Shown: positions 12,500 to 26,195, counted from the stretch's first letter. The stretch is DNA of 64,000 nucleotides from Bigelowiella natans CCMP2755 (GCA_000320545.1 ADNK01002378.1:1-64000), one strand, 5' to 3'. The notes: generated by a model from the sequence alone, not told the origin. Numbers and translations: made by a program.

Positions 12500-13961
12500 T
12501 TATTTTCTGCCTCTACGGCCCCTATTTAAGGCTTCTCTCTCCGACGCTTCGGCTGCCACTGATTGAAAAATAGTAGTAAGTTAACGAATCAGTATGAAGC
12601 CATCATTCATCTTCAGAGCGTTTAAAGACTAGATGTGGCGTAAACTTACGTCTTGCTTTCTTCAGTTCCTTCTTTCGTCTACGCATTTCTTTCCGCTTCT
12701 CAATTATTCGCTTGTAGAGGCTTTTTCGGTACTCTGATGAGAACACACAGTCAGAAGTTATAATTTATGTTGGATATTACGAAATTGGAATATTTATTTG
12801 TGTGTGTGTGTGTGTGTGCGTGTGTGTGTGCATGTATAAGATTAAAAATATACATTGTTAAAGAGAAATAGATTGAGCCACTAACCGTCAATGGTAAATC
12901 TTTTATTGTCATCGAAAGATATCTTGATGGGGTTGGGTAATGTTGGTTCGTCTTTGGGGTTGTGAAACTGCTTTAAGTAGGGATGTTTCAAGGTCTCTTC
13001 CGCTGAAAGGCGTCTCTTAGGATTGAATTGCAACAACCCTTCCAACAGATCGATAGCTTCTTCGGGCGCATCAGGGTACATGTCTTCTAGTAAGACCTTT
13101 TTTTTTATTTCTATCGAGCTGAGCATGCTCTTCGCAAACTTGGATTTGATGGACTTCACCTCTTCCTCCGAAGGGAAGCCAGTGAGCTGAACTATTCTCT
13201 CTAATTGGTTGATTGTAGACTCCCCGGGGAACATAGGTTTTCCTCCAAGAAGCTCCCCCATAATGCATCCAACGGACCACATGTCGACGGCCTTGGTATA
13301 CTTTGGGGATCCGAGGAGAATCTCAGGCGCCCTGTACCATCGAGTGGCCACGTAGTCGGTTAACGCATCCTGCTCACTGGTCTCCGCAACAGATCGCGCG
13401 AGACCAAAGTCGATAAGTTTAACGTGGCAGTCTGAGTTGAGGAGTACATTAGAGGGCTTCATGTCCCGGTGTATCAGCTCCCCAGAATGTAGGTACTTCA
13501 GCGCCTTTACAGATTGGTACAGCACGAAACGTTTGTGGATATCGACCAAGATTCCTGCTCGAATAACTGCGTGAAGGTTTATTTCCATGTGCTCAAAGAC
13601 AAGGTAAATATCACGATTGTTGTCCGCTTTCAGTACGTTAAGCAACTTGATAATATTTTCGTGCGGAACCATATTGAGTTCCTGAAGAAACATAATTTCA
13701 CGGAAGGTCCTCTGTGCGTCCGTTGAGTTCTGGAAAGCGTCGAAAATCTTCTTCAAAGCAACTGTTCTCTGCAGAAATGTACAAGGAATCATCTCGTCTA
13801 AGGAAAAGAAATAGCACATGATTTAAGATATAGTCTAAAATATTAGCTTCAACCCTTGTCTTCTTGTCTCGAGACTTCCAAACAATGCCATAAGCACCTT
13901 TCCCGACCCTTTCACCGCGATCATACTTTCTCAACACATGCGCATCGACTTCGTCGCTCAT
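12500..13961 (-). CDS. MAPK15: Atypical MAP kinase ERK7/ERK8 (MAPK15) with TDY activation loop, 4 exons
   Basis: MSDEVDAHVLRKYD..GKGAYGIVWK|VALKKIFDAFQNSTDAQRTFREIMFLQEL..HRDMKPSN..DFGLAR..LTDYVATRWYRAPEILLGS. The tail exons give EYRKSLYKRI.. and LAAEASEREALNRGRRGRK*. Confidence 0.95.
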
Positions 13962-15171
13962 CCTTGCCAACCTGATCCGTAGTGTATCAAACCATGTTAA
14001 AAAATTGTTATCAACAACATCAATTCTGATCACGATTGTGTTCATAATCGAAGACAGCTTGGATGCTACAGTGGAAGCCATGCTAGTGATTATTTTCCAA
14101 CTTGTTCTCAAAATCATAAATGCGATTACCCTTTCGTTGCAGAAGGTAAGCAACAGGTAGTCAGTCAGCTCGTGGGAATGGGGGTCAAGTCGAATGAGGG
14201 CAGAAATTTAGGAGCTGGTGTTCAGTCTTCAGGAAAATGTAAAGGCGAATTATGAGATGCGGTACGAAAATTGGGATGACGCATCTAAATTTACCAAAAG
14301 ATGTTAAGTCATCGTAGCAGACCAAGAAACAATTTCTTAATTTGGATTCTGCACGAGTCCCTTTTTCAGCACGAGAGTTACATTTTAATTCGATGTTTGA
14401 TTGAATAATTTAAAATAAGTAACGATGAATGCTTTGTCTCAATGTAGTAACGGAATGTATTACATACAAATAGCGACAGCAATGGTAGAATACCATGTAC
14501 CAATGTGCTTTGTGGGTTGCCGTTTCCATTCGGTTCTTCGATCCGAAATTCATTAAATTACACCTTCGCGACATCATCACTTCATAAAATATTTTTCATA
14601 ATTTTACTTAAATTTCTGGAGGCTTGACTATTTTTGGAGAATTCGAAAATCTTGCGTGTTTGAGGCTGGCGACATAGTATTCATGTTTGCTCTAAACGAG
14701 TTACCGGAGAGGCCTTATCTTTCTCGGTGACGACCGCGTTTTTCTTTTTTGCGGTGTATTCTGGCAAGATCCACAGAGTAAGACAAAAATATTGATATAT
14801 TGTAAAATATTTGCTTAGATCATATTTACGTCATCCCGAAAGGATCATTTTATTTTAAAAAGGCCTTTGTTAGGGGAGTGAAATTTGGAGCTGGATCTGA
14901 AAATTGCTTGCACCACTCATACCCAAGTGAGGTACGATAATGGCCCCCCCCCTCGGTTGCGTTTTGCGTCTGTGTTTCCAAATCTAGCAATAAATTGGTG
15001 ATATGCATATCGAAATATTCTGTTTGTTGGGGCGGGTAAATGGGCAACGGTACCTCTGTTTTACCATTTGTCAATCGTGCGATTACGCAGTGCACCTCGC
15101 TTCACATGTTCGTAGTTCGACGTTTATTGGGTATGAATTCACGAAGTGAATCAAACAATATTTCAGGCGAG

Positions 15172-16173
15172 ATGATGGGCCGTAGCTCTTCATTTGCAAT
15201 GAAGTCGTCCCTGCTCCTGAATGCCCTCCTCGCACTTATCGCTCTCGGAGCGTTAGTTTCATTTCGCACTTCGACAACTGGAGGGGAGAATTTGGAGGCA
15301 GTTATGTCGACAATTTCTAGAAATGGTATACTACTCTTTTGAAGAGCACAGTTGTCACTGGCTAATAGATTTTTTGGTTTAGTCGCAGTCAATGGAAGGA
15401 GGAACCAGATTGCATCTGGACGCCGCTGTGGACTCACTGGCAAGAGCGGAACTACAGCTTACAAATATTGCTTCTCCCACAAGTGTGTATACTCACGACT
15501 TCGAAACACGAATTCGAAACCTACTTTTCATGCACATATTAATGGAATTTGCCTTTTTTATTACTAGGCGTGCAACCAAGCGTCAGCACCCAAACATTCA
15601 GCAGAAGTATGTATTCTGGCCAGAGGGGCAGAGGATGGTGAAAATTAAGCTAAGTACATCAGCTCTCAAGAGTATAGATAAGAAGGGGTTGCAAGTGATG
15701 GCTAAAGAAGCAGGAATCGACTTGAACAAGCTCCCATTTAAGGACATGAGACCTGAGAGACAAGAATACAAAGAAAAGCATAAGATGGAAGTTCCGGTTT
15801 CTAAGAAATGGGTATCTGGTTATTACAAGAAGCAACACAGAATGAAGAATGCAGAGAAGCTAGCTGCTTCGAAGAAAACTCCTCTTGAAGGAAAATACTA
15901 CCACGGAAGAGTTCTATTCGGACGCTTTAATGAAGACCAGATGAGACAGATCAACGGTATTAATATATCCCTAAATTCAAATCGTATTTATTTGATAGAA
16001 ACATATTCAATATGAGTTGTGGACTCAAAAAGATCATTGGAAGACATATAAATCTGATTTAAGTTGCTTGAAATTGCGTCTTGTTTTCAGATGTTCCGCT
16101 TGAAGATACCGCTGAGAAAGTCTATGAAGAAGGTCTTGAAGTAGAGGATACATCCGCACCGGCATCGGCATAA
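15172..16173 (+). CDS. rpl28: Nucleus-encoded plastid 50S ribosomal protein L28 with bipartite (signal+transit) leader, 4 exons
   Basis: Leader MMGRSSSFAMKSSLLLNALLALIALGALVSF.., then RRCGLTGKSGTTAYKYCFSHK|RATKRQHPNIQQKYVFWPEGQRMVKIKLSTSALKSIDKKGL (bL28 signature), plus a C-terminal extension. Confidence 0.93.
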
Positions 16174-16229
16174 ACTAAATTATTATGTATAACCATGAGA
16201 GCACAAGGCTTCTATCTGTATAAAGCTTG

Positions 16230-17330
16230 GGTGCGCATTTAACAGTGCTGCAGATGCTGCGGGAACAGCAGTAGCCTAACAGCGACGATTTTGACGGGTT
16301 GTTAATTGGATGTGTACGTATGTACCTTGCTGTGCTGTAATGACGTTGAATTATTATGAAGTTAGTGGTCTTCGAAAATACTTCAAATTCACCCAGCGGC
16401 AGTGATCATGAAAGAATCCATCGTTATGTGTTTCACGTGAACAATATCCATTGCATGTCACCAGCGTAGCGGACCAGTGTGATGACATTGTTAGCAGCGT
16501 GATGAGGCATCGCACAGCTAGACTGGCGTATTTTTGTGTAGATCGTCGCCAGAGCTAGCAGACAGTCTAGCAGCGGGCATGGCACACGCAATGAAGCAGC
16601 ATCACTAGATCAATGCAGAACAAGCATGGCTCATGCTAGCATGGCTGATGGCCGAGATGCATGCATGAAGCGTGCTAGCGTGGCTTGCACAAATTATAAT
16701 TCGATCTAGCTAGACAACGCAATGCGCACCAGCTAGCCAGCTAGCCTAGCAGCGCACATCTCTAGATCTGCGTGCACACATGCGATGCCACATGCGCATT
16801 GTTGATGCATTCAATGCACATGCAACAGCATTGCACAGCTGTTCACAGATGGACACTAGCAGCAGCACGCGCATGGTGGCATGTGTCACATGCTAGCATG
16901 GCTGCCATGCTAGCACAGCTGAACCTAGAGACGTTGCAGTTGTTCACTAGTTCAGTTCACAACATGGGCACGCGTTCACACATTCTGGCATCGCATTGCT
17001 AGATTCTAGGATTGGCTGATCGACAGCATTGTTCTGTTTTGCGCATCTACATCTTGACGTCTAGATGTGGACCTAGCTAGCTAGGGACCTAGGGACGTGC
17101 AACAAATCGTCGCAAATTGAAGATGACAAAACCAATTCTTGATCAATTTCTCACTACATCAACGTGACGAGCAAGTCTAGATGGAAGCTAGTGCAAGCCT
17201 TCATTTCGTGACAATCATGCAATTGTAGCGTGCATGCACACCTAGATGCACCATGCACACATTCACAACATGTGTGCACATGAGTGCATGCAATGTGTGC
17301 AGCAGCACATGCGTAACACAAGAATGCCGC
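16230..17330. repeat. Palindrome-rich (CTAG/TGCA/CATG) alternating purine-pyrimidine spacer between convergent genes
   Basis: CATGCTAGCA at 16632, 16889 and 16906; CTAGCTAG at 16706; CCTAGCTAGCTAGG at 17072-17085; very few homopolymer runs. Confidence 0.75.
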
Positions 17331-17344
17331 GTCTTAAGGTTGTG

Positions 17345-19493
17345 CTATTCGAACTTCCATGTCACATGAGATCTGTTTATGGTCTCTCCTTCATCGGGAT
17401 ACCACAAACTACATGAACAAAAGAAGGTGTGTTAGTGCTACCGACCAACTTGAACTTTGCATGATGTTCCTACCTCATGAACGATGATTGGAGGTCAATT
17501 TGCTCTCCCTCTACCTTCTCTTTCGGATCACTTTCTTTTGTGCTTCCTCTAAGAATTCTCATGATGGTTTGTACTCGGATTCCCTAAACATCATCATTCT
17601 TAAAAATGTGACAGAATTTCGAATGAAATTATTTGAAGTTTCTTAGAACTTTGATTCTGTGATTCTCAGATATTGTCATTAAGGCAGCCAAAATCTTCAC
17701 TTCACCAGAACCCTCATTCATGATCGTTGCATTCCAGCCTCGAAGTTCTTGTTCCTTTGACACAAAAGCCTGGAGAATAGTCCCACTGATGTTTCTTTTC
17801 TGACATTGCTCGGGAGAAGAAACAGTCATCCAAGCATCATTTGTCGATTTGTCCTGATAAAAACTCACAGGCTCTGCAAATGCCGAAAGCCTCGATAGCA
17901 AGTGACGGAGAGCCAGCATCCCTTCCATGTTTTTTTGCATACTCTTGCAGTGTTCATTTACATTTTTTCCATGCAATATCACACCATCGCGAGCTTGCTC
18001 AAATTTGCACATGTGCTTGAAAACTCTTCGTTGAATTCCCTCTATGCACACATCGATGTGATCTCGGCTTAGCTTGGGCATTTTTTCAGACAATGATTGA
18101 ATCCTATCCATCGTTCTCAAGATGCAAGAGCTTGTCTCACACATTTTTTCCTGTTGAAAATTAGAATTCAAACATCCATTAAGTAAGTCGTAGCCGGTGG
18201 ATGGATACATGTCTACCTGTAATTTGGCGACTATTTCAATTTCTTTAGGTATGGACAGTGAATGCTCACTGTGTAAGCGAAGTCTTGCCTTCACATCTAG
18301 TGTGTCAGAGTAATTAAGCCTCATTGTTAAGCGAAAGTTCAAATCGAATAGATATGCATCAGTGCATCAGAGTGCCACTTTTTAACTTGGTCCTCATCAA
18401 ATTAGCTGAATATGTCTTTCTCAAACGACAGAATGACAATGAACAATGAATGCATGTGTGAAAATTCACATGAAATTTTAAGCATTGCACGACCTTCATC
18501 CAATTTTATTGCCTTAGAGCCATCATCCCACATTGTGCTTTTCAATGAATCTTCGAAAAACAAAGTAATTAGTAACATGCCCTGCACCGCTAAGCTTCAT
18601 CTATACCCATCTCCAACTTAAACGATTGATCAATTGATTGGTTCATCATGTTCTCAAAGAGTGTAGAAGTTACTGTCATTGTCGCTTAAATATGATGATA
18701 GAACGCTGAACAACTGCGTCAACAAAAATTGAGAGAAAGGAACAACAAAACGCGGTGAGCATACTACTGACAATTTGCAGGCCAATTAGTCGTTCAGAAC
18801 TCATCCTCTGTCCCACCTCCCAAACACAGTCATGGGCAATTGTGGGTATGCGATCAATGATGTACTCGATTACTTCTATATGATGCTCCCCGAATCGCCA
18901 AGATTCGCCAAAGTTTTTCATTCAATGTCTTCGCTTAGTGTTACCCTTATCCACTGGGACACGCATGTCATGTGTACTTTTTAGCGCGACTTTGAGCACT
19001 GGACTTGTTTGTAAGGTCTCAACTGTGTGGGACACCCACCCGGCCTCAACCAAAAAACGAGGAGCGTCATATCATTCGTGGGACAAACCGTTATCTACGA
19101 CGTAGATTTTCTGCAACTGAAAATGAATTTCCCTCCGGGTAAAATGTGAGGCGTTTGTACAAAAGATCTCGCTTTAATTGAATGTTTGCAGCCTACACGT
19201 CCGAGATGTAGATCTTTCCAAACATAAGAGATCTTTTACATACCTTATCGATAAAGAAGAAAAGAAAAGAAATTTGGAAGGAGAAGACTCTCGGTCAACG
19301 AAGCCAAATACCTTATTCTAATCCTATTCTAATCGAGATAATCACCACAGGTTTCCTGCAATTTCGCAGATTCGACATTTAAATATTCCATCTTCAATGA
19401 ATATATTTGCTGAAGGCCTAGGAACTAATGTAAATTACAAATGTTAGTCTCGGTTGATCATATTAGAGGCTTACATCTCAGGACGGATATCAT
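17345..19493 (-). CDS. Hypothetical protein, multi-exon
   Basis: 237-aa ORF 17629-18342 plus flanking spliceable exons (GIRVQTIMRILRG..SSFM|SLWYPDEGETINRSHVTWKFE* at the 3' end). The 5' end is uncertain and no domain was recognised. Confidence 0.5.
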
Positions 19494-19519
19494 TACGTGA
19501 CTGTTCATGTGAATCCGAC

Positions 19520-21832
19520 ATGGGGCAAGAAGAAAAATGGGCCAGGCAACCGCAACCTCGGTAGACGTTAACGCATAATTCTGACATGGAGTGTTTTCAC
19601 TTCGGTTAAAATACTCAACAAGTTATAAATTATATGTCGTTATGTTGATACAAATAGGAATCGAATACAGAGCCAATCGAATTGTCCACGTAAAATAATT
19701 TCCTTATTATGCATCCACTGGTAACGATGATATACATAGGTTGCTCCAAGAAGTCAAGCGGCGAAACTTGGTATAAGAGTTGGGTTTATTATCATTGGTT
19801 TCAGTGGTGTAGCGCTTATTGAAAAGGTCAGAAAGGCATACCTTAAAGTCAAGCGAGTAGACCTTCTAGATTCTTGATCATAAATTCTCTTTCTAGGATG
19901 CAAAAGATGCTAAAGTCATTCATGGTGGCTGTCTCAACTCTTTTATTAAAAACAAATCTAATCAGAGTTGGGTTGCTCAGGAAAATTAAAAAGTAAGCTA
20001 ATTGGAAGCCTGCCCTTCACCATCGAGTTTGCCTATCGTTGGGATATTGCAGTCAGGTTATCCAAACTGCATAATATGCTATCATATCGTAATTATGGAA
20101 GTTTATTCAGGGCCTACCAACCAGGACTTTACAAGTCCACGAGGCCAATTTATTATTGTTGTTTTGAATTAAGAATTCAGAAAAGTGATCAGTGCAAGGT
20201 CCCTTATTATTTGTCTAATTCAATTTAGCTGAATCTACTGGTGATTTGGATGACGAACGAAGTGACCTCAAGGGGAAAAGGGAAGATATCCCAATAGGTA
20301 CAGAGTTTTCTATTGTAGAAACAGCGCTGGTACATTCAACAAAAAAAGGTACTGGATGGATAAGGTATATTTGCAGTAATCTATTGTTCATGCGCACTGA
20401 GAGATGTTACAGGGGCAGGCTCAACACAAGACGTCACCATGATTCAAGAGAACATTGGATCATTCTCACAAGAACTGATCTCATCTCGCCGTTTGTCAGG
20501 GTATACATATAATCTTCGTATTAGCATCGACTAGTATTTATAACAGATGACTTCAGGTCACTTCAGCCGAACATCACCGCTTGTTCTTGGAATCAGCAAA
20601 ACTGCGGAGGTGAATATAATCAAAGCCATCGCTTGCACATATTTATTCTCTTTTAGGGTGGTCATTTTCTTTTGGGGAGGCCACTTATGTGAAGTTATAG
20701 TATTTAACGGTAGGCGATGTGCATTGAATGAATCTCATGCTGAATTTCTTTGGTGGACCTTCCTCGACCTAGCTAGTGGCATGAATTCTTCAGATAAATG
20801 GCAAACCAGTTTACGAGTATCAGCAAGGGAGGTTGCGACCACCTGCCATTGCGAATTGAATGTTGACGTATTCTGAAAAATGGAAACGCACCTTTACTGT
20901 TTCCATTTAAATATTACCAATATATCTCTAAAGTATAAATTATATTAGATTCGAATGTCTGGTTCTATGAAGAACTCCCGTAGCAAATCAGTATACGAAG
21001 ACCTTGGTTATAATGATGTGTTGCATATAAACCATGATAAACTTATTAATGATTATTATTCCAGAAAATAGATCGGAAGAAATACTTTTGAGCATTGCAG
21101 GCCTGACATCAAAAAATGTAAAATATACTGCAGAAACAGTTTTTATCTAGGCTTAATAGCTCAATACTGACCAGAAAGTGCTTGGTTACTTCCGAACAAC
21201 CATTGGAGAGTTGCTTCATGCAAGGTCAACGATATATGAATATATCCAGTCGATATTTAGAGTTGGTAACCTTACCTTAGAGTAAGTCCCAAAATCAAAG
21301 CAAAGAACACAGATGCTTTATCCTGGCTGGGGAGATTGGCCTCTGAACAAACATTAAAGTTGGTTAACATAATATAGGGAAACTCGTGCGTATATGTGAT
21401 CTTTACACCGTTTTGAACATAATAGGAATGTTATGCCGAAACAAATCGAGGGACTTTCAATGATTGGACTATCGATCCCAAAAGAAAAAGTATTATCGTT
21501 AATATCGTTTTTCAAGTCTCATTTTAATTTTTAAAATAGCATACATGCCCTTCCTAACAGTTACAAGCTATAGAATGCATCCGTGTGAGACTAATAGATA
21601 CTACACCTTTACGCAAAAATTGTGGATCCAGACTCGTCAAATGGTTCCATTTTCTCAACATAGAAATGAAATAACTTGTTTAAAGCTGAAATTAATAGGA
21701 GATCATTCGCCAGAGTCGGATCAATTAGAACAGACGACTTTGACGAAAATGAGAAAAACAAGATAGCGGAAGAAGAGAGCGGGAAGTGGAGAATTATAGC
21801 AGAGGTATTGAAAGATTTCCCGCTCACATCTA

Positions 21833-21877
<45 letters not shown>

Positions 21878-24037
21878 ATGTTATCATGTCATTCTGTCAT
21901 TCTTGTTATGGTTTGTAGACAAAAATAAAGGTTAGTGAGAAAATCCGAACGGAGGGTGTGAAACTCACTAAATGGTTTCCACTTGCATTAATGGAGCCTA
22001 GCGAACAAAAGCAAACCTACAGCGCTGAGGTATAAGTGGTATACAGGAATACTGCGACTTTAATTTCAATGTGCCTACAGTGTCTTTTGGATCTCAATTT
22101 TCTGAACAAGAAAAAATCAGAGGAGCAGAAAAGGAAGGTAAGAAGACAGTTGCTTATCATATTATTTATCCTCTCACTTCTCGAATACTTCTCAGGTTTC
22201 TGCATTTGCCGATGAAGTAAGTTAGCCAGCTGCAAATATTGATACTGGAATTACTATTTCACATATTTATGACAGATTCTAAAGAAGTTTAAAGAAATAT
22301 GGAATTCAGAAGCTTTTCAGGTCTTATCAATTTCAACATTCAACATTCGTAAAATAAGCTATCTTCAGAAAAGACGCGAAATCCTTCGACTAGCTATTGA
22401 AAGGGCTGAGGCAGCAAGACGAAATTTTCTACTTCAGTTTGTTACTAATTATTGTTGCTTGGCAATGTCTTCATAATATTATTTGTTTCTATTAATTAGA
22501 AACCTGTATATCCATGGCCCAATGTCATCAGTTATCCCATTTATTCAAATTGGGTACAGAAGGCACTTGAAGTCTGGATATTTTTGATCATTTAGATTGA
22601 ATAGTTATAACTAACAGCTCCGGATGGAGAGGCATTCGCATATGGGATAAAGAGGATGAAGAAAAGTCTAAAGCACCATACACCTGGCTTATCACTGGTC
22701 AAAGTGAGACAGAGTATAAAGTTCAGGTGTGGTAAAAAGTAGCAACTAGTGAAAGTTTCCTATTAACGTCATATATCTATAAATTAGCATTCCACGGGAT
22801 TTATTTCGGATGAAGTAGTTGTGAAGCTCGCACTTGTGGATCGAAGTGTCTTTGACGAGTTGACACAGAGTAGCAGTGGAACCAACCCTGATGCATATAC
22901 GAGCCAGCTATCTTTGTCTATCGATTCTCCATAGTAAGAGCAGAACATTATTCAATATTCTGAACTCTCATATGATAATTTCACCAGTTGTTCGGCCGAA
23001 GATGACAACGGATATACTATCGAAAGTTCCCAGGATCGAGAGAAAAGTGATGATAAAACGTAAAGTTCATTCTTGCAAACTCTAGTCTGCCCAGTGTTGA
23101 TATCTTGAAATTTTCCCAGAAACCACAAAAATTTCGGAAGTCCCAGCACTATTAATTGCTCTCAAACTGTAGAACATTTTTGTTTGTTCGACGAACCTCC
23201 GTCATATTTTTCAATGATGGAATTAGGTTTTAATGTTTGAATATGAGGACAGAACTACGCGATACATAGGATGCTTTTCTAACAAAACCAAAAAAATTGA
23301 AGGGTAGCGAATGATTGACGCAGGGACATATTTGTTGATATGGTCATCATCCATTTTAGAACGTGGAGTAAATGGAATGAATCAGGAGTATTCTACCTTG
23401 AAGTACTTGAATGATTAATCATGATACCATGATAAGTCTCCTTTGACTGAATCAGCATTAATTACTAGGTTGTGCCAGATAATGAACTCCGGCTTTTCCA
23501 AAGTGTTGAGAAAGAAAAGGTATTTTAGTAAAATTTTACTTTGTATCTAGTTGAAGAATATAATTGCATGATGCAATATTAGGTATTTGAAATCCAATCC
23601 ATATCGAAGTTGATTCGCGGAGTAGGCCTCTTGCATTATCTTGAGGAGATCAGGCAGCTTAGCTTAAAAGCAAAGCAACTGGTACGCTAAGCAATTTAAC
23701 AATTGAAGTCTAAATAGCTCTATTTCAGATGGCTGCAAGTATGAGCACTTGGCTCGATATATGTAAAAAGGTAGTGAATCGCAAAAGTCACGTAAATAGC
23801 ACTGAGCATCCAAATTTTAGATCGAATTACCGGAGCAAAAGGTTGCTTTAATTTGGAGGGTATCTTCTCAATTATCATTTTGGCTCATTCCATTCCGATA
23901 AAGAAGATCATGATACAGAGGTTGCAATGTGATGTGATAACTAGAAAATTGGAAGCCTCAGGGACAAATTTGAAGATGCGGCCAGCAAGCGCATTCTCAA
24001 AATTCAGAGAAGGAATAACGCATTGAAAAAGAATTAA
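19520..24037 (+). CDS. Hypothetical protein encoded by many short exons separated by short AT-rich introns
   Basis: Regular AG..GT-bounded open segments, e.g. ESTGDLDDERSDLKGKREDIPIGTEFSIVETALVHSTKKGTGWI; KRREILRLAIERAEAARRNFLLQ; VFEIQSISKLIRGVGLLHYLEEIRQLSLKAKQL; terminal KIGSLRDKFEDAASKRILKIQRRNNALKKN*. No recognised homology; could be more than one gene. Confidence 0.5.
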
Positions 24038-24049
24038 ATGCACAGTAGC

Positions 24050-24850
24050 AAAGGCAAAAATGTCTAAAATTTTAGTTGTTCATGTCTCGCATTCATTCCT
24101 GACTTCGCCACATCATCGCATGCTGAGTAGGAGCGCAAGCATCGTCCATGAGTGCTTTCTGGTGCGGCCACAGCATTGATGGAGCTTGCATGCCCCTGCG
24201 CTAATCTTGATGCAATAGACACAGTGTACGTTAAATATGTTCGTATGTCCATAGTTCATGACAAAAATGAGCAGTAGCTAGCAGCAGGCGCATGCGTTGC
24301 ACACAGCTAGACAGGCGCACCCATGACAACACACGTGTCGAGAACCATGCAATGCATTTCTGTGAATGACTGAATGAGACATGCTTCCTGTCAATGCGCT
24401 GTTCGTGGCATGCAGTTAGCGCTACAAATGCTGGACAACAGACACATGCAGCAATGCATGCACACGTCATTGCACATGTCATTGCATGTCTGTCATGAGC
24501 TGTGGGGACCACAGAGCATCTCACTTGCAACAGACACAGTGCACACACACACACACACACACGTCACACACATCATTGCACGTCTGTCACCTGGAATGGC
24601 TCAGACCTGCACACATGCCACACTGCTAGCTAGCTAGACTGGCACAACTGGCAAGCTAGCCGCGAATCTGCAAACAGCTAGACAGCGCTGCGACCACAAA
24701 CAGACCCAGCTGACACCAGTCCCATTCCAGCATTGATGGGTGGCACGTGCCAGCGTGCAATGACACGTGAAAGGCTCGTGCGTGCAGTGTCAATCACAAT
24801 CCAAATCGTCCAACAGCAACGTTTGGAACATGGTCATGGCTGGGACGCCC
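24050..24850. repeat. Palindrome-rich alternating purine-pyrimidine spacer downstream of a gene 3' end
   Basis: CTAGCTAGCTAG at 24626-24637, AGCTAGACTGGC at 24632, dense CATG/TGCA, central (CA)n. Confidence 0.7.
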
Positions 24851-25520
24851 TCCATGATTCCCCGGAGAAAGAAAGAAAGAAAGAAAGAAACAATGATGAT
24901 GAGCTAGATTTCCAAAATTTGCAAGGCATTTGCAGTGTGCGAAACGCAGAGCCTCGAACTAGCCCAGAGAATGATGAGGGGAACAAACACATCTTCGTTC
25001 GAGAGGGATTGTGCTTGTCGCAGGAAAAAAAATCTGAAATTTTGCATAATTTCATTTTAATTTTCCTAATTACATTGCTATTATTCCTATGCGACATGCA
25101 AAAAACAGACTTTATTTTGCACTTATTACGGTTGCCGGTAGTCGTCTACGACGTTGCTAACGTGCGCGGTGTCAATAGCTACTGTGATAGTTACTGAAGT
25201 TACATGACCATGGAGGAGATAGCAGAAATCTCAACACCCCCGGCCCTCCTTCACGACCTCTTCTTGAGTTTGAGGAGATTCGATGAGAATACAGAATTCT
25301 CTTGTGACTAGGTCGCCATGTCCGAGAGAAATTGTTTTTCTCCCATCCAAACGCGTCAGCATGGCCAGAGAGCGCAACGACGACGATTTCGATTGGAGGA
25401 ATCCCCAACGAAGCCGTCTGTCTCACCGTCTTATAGTAAGTTGTTTCTACTTTTACGAGATTGACAGGATAATTAAACTGATCCTTCGCGTGTAATGCAA
25501 AAGGATTTCTGCATGGCTCC

Positions 25521-26137
25521 ATGCCTTTAACTAAGCGTGGACTTCCTCCGCTCCAGCTGTCCGTTTCGCCTTCTAGGCTGCATCGTCAAATTCCTAAATC
25601 AGGATTGAGATCGTTACCGACAAGTCCAAAAACAGCAAGAGTGTCGATGAAGACGACTTCCTCATCCTTCCCAAATCTCGAAAGTCAGCGCCTGCGAGAG
25701 TCAAGTTCGGACGAACTACACGTTACTAATGTTCCTTTAAAGCGAAGTTGCTCACCAACGCTTATTCCCGATGAAAATAGTAATTTGGTGACCAGATTTC
25801 AATCAAATAGGCTACAAGGGAGAGGGAGATATTTCCCAAATGCTGCAGGGAGAGGAATGGAGACATTCCGCAGGAAAACCTTGCAGCGCCTGCGGAAAAA
25901 GGCAGCTATGAATAATGCCATAATTAAACAGAAGAAAAAGGATCAACGGAAGATATTAGAGGAGAAGTGCAGGCGCGAGGCTGATATCAAAAGGAGTCGG
26001 AAAGCAGCTATTGCACGTGTGAAAAAATGGGAACGGGAGCTCAATCGGCTTGAGCGAAAAGCCAAGGTAAAAGCTGGTGAATACAACATTCTGAAAATTG
26101 TTGAGAATAATGAGAATCTCTCTCTCTCTCCCTCCCT

Positions 26138-26172
<35 letters not shown>

Positions 26173-26195
26173 TTCCTGGTTCCTCTCTTTCCCTG

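Noticed and set aside
16772-17002. Short His/Met/Cys/Ala-rich ORFs inside the islands (also 24231-24637, 42538-42931, 53712-53981)
   Set aside because: By-products of the CATG/TGCA-rich composition, with no splice or codon evidence.
24185-24225. catgcccctgcgc resembles part of U6 snRNA
   Set aside because: No ACAGAGA box or flanking U6 similarity; it lies within a palindrome-rich island.
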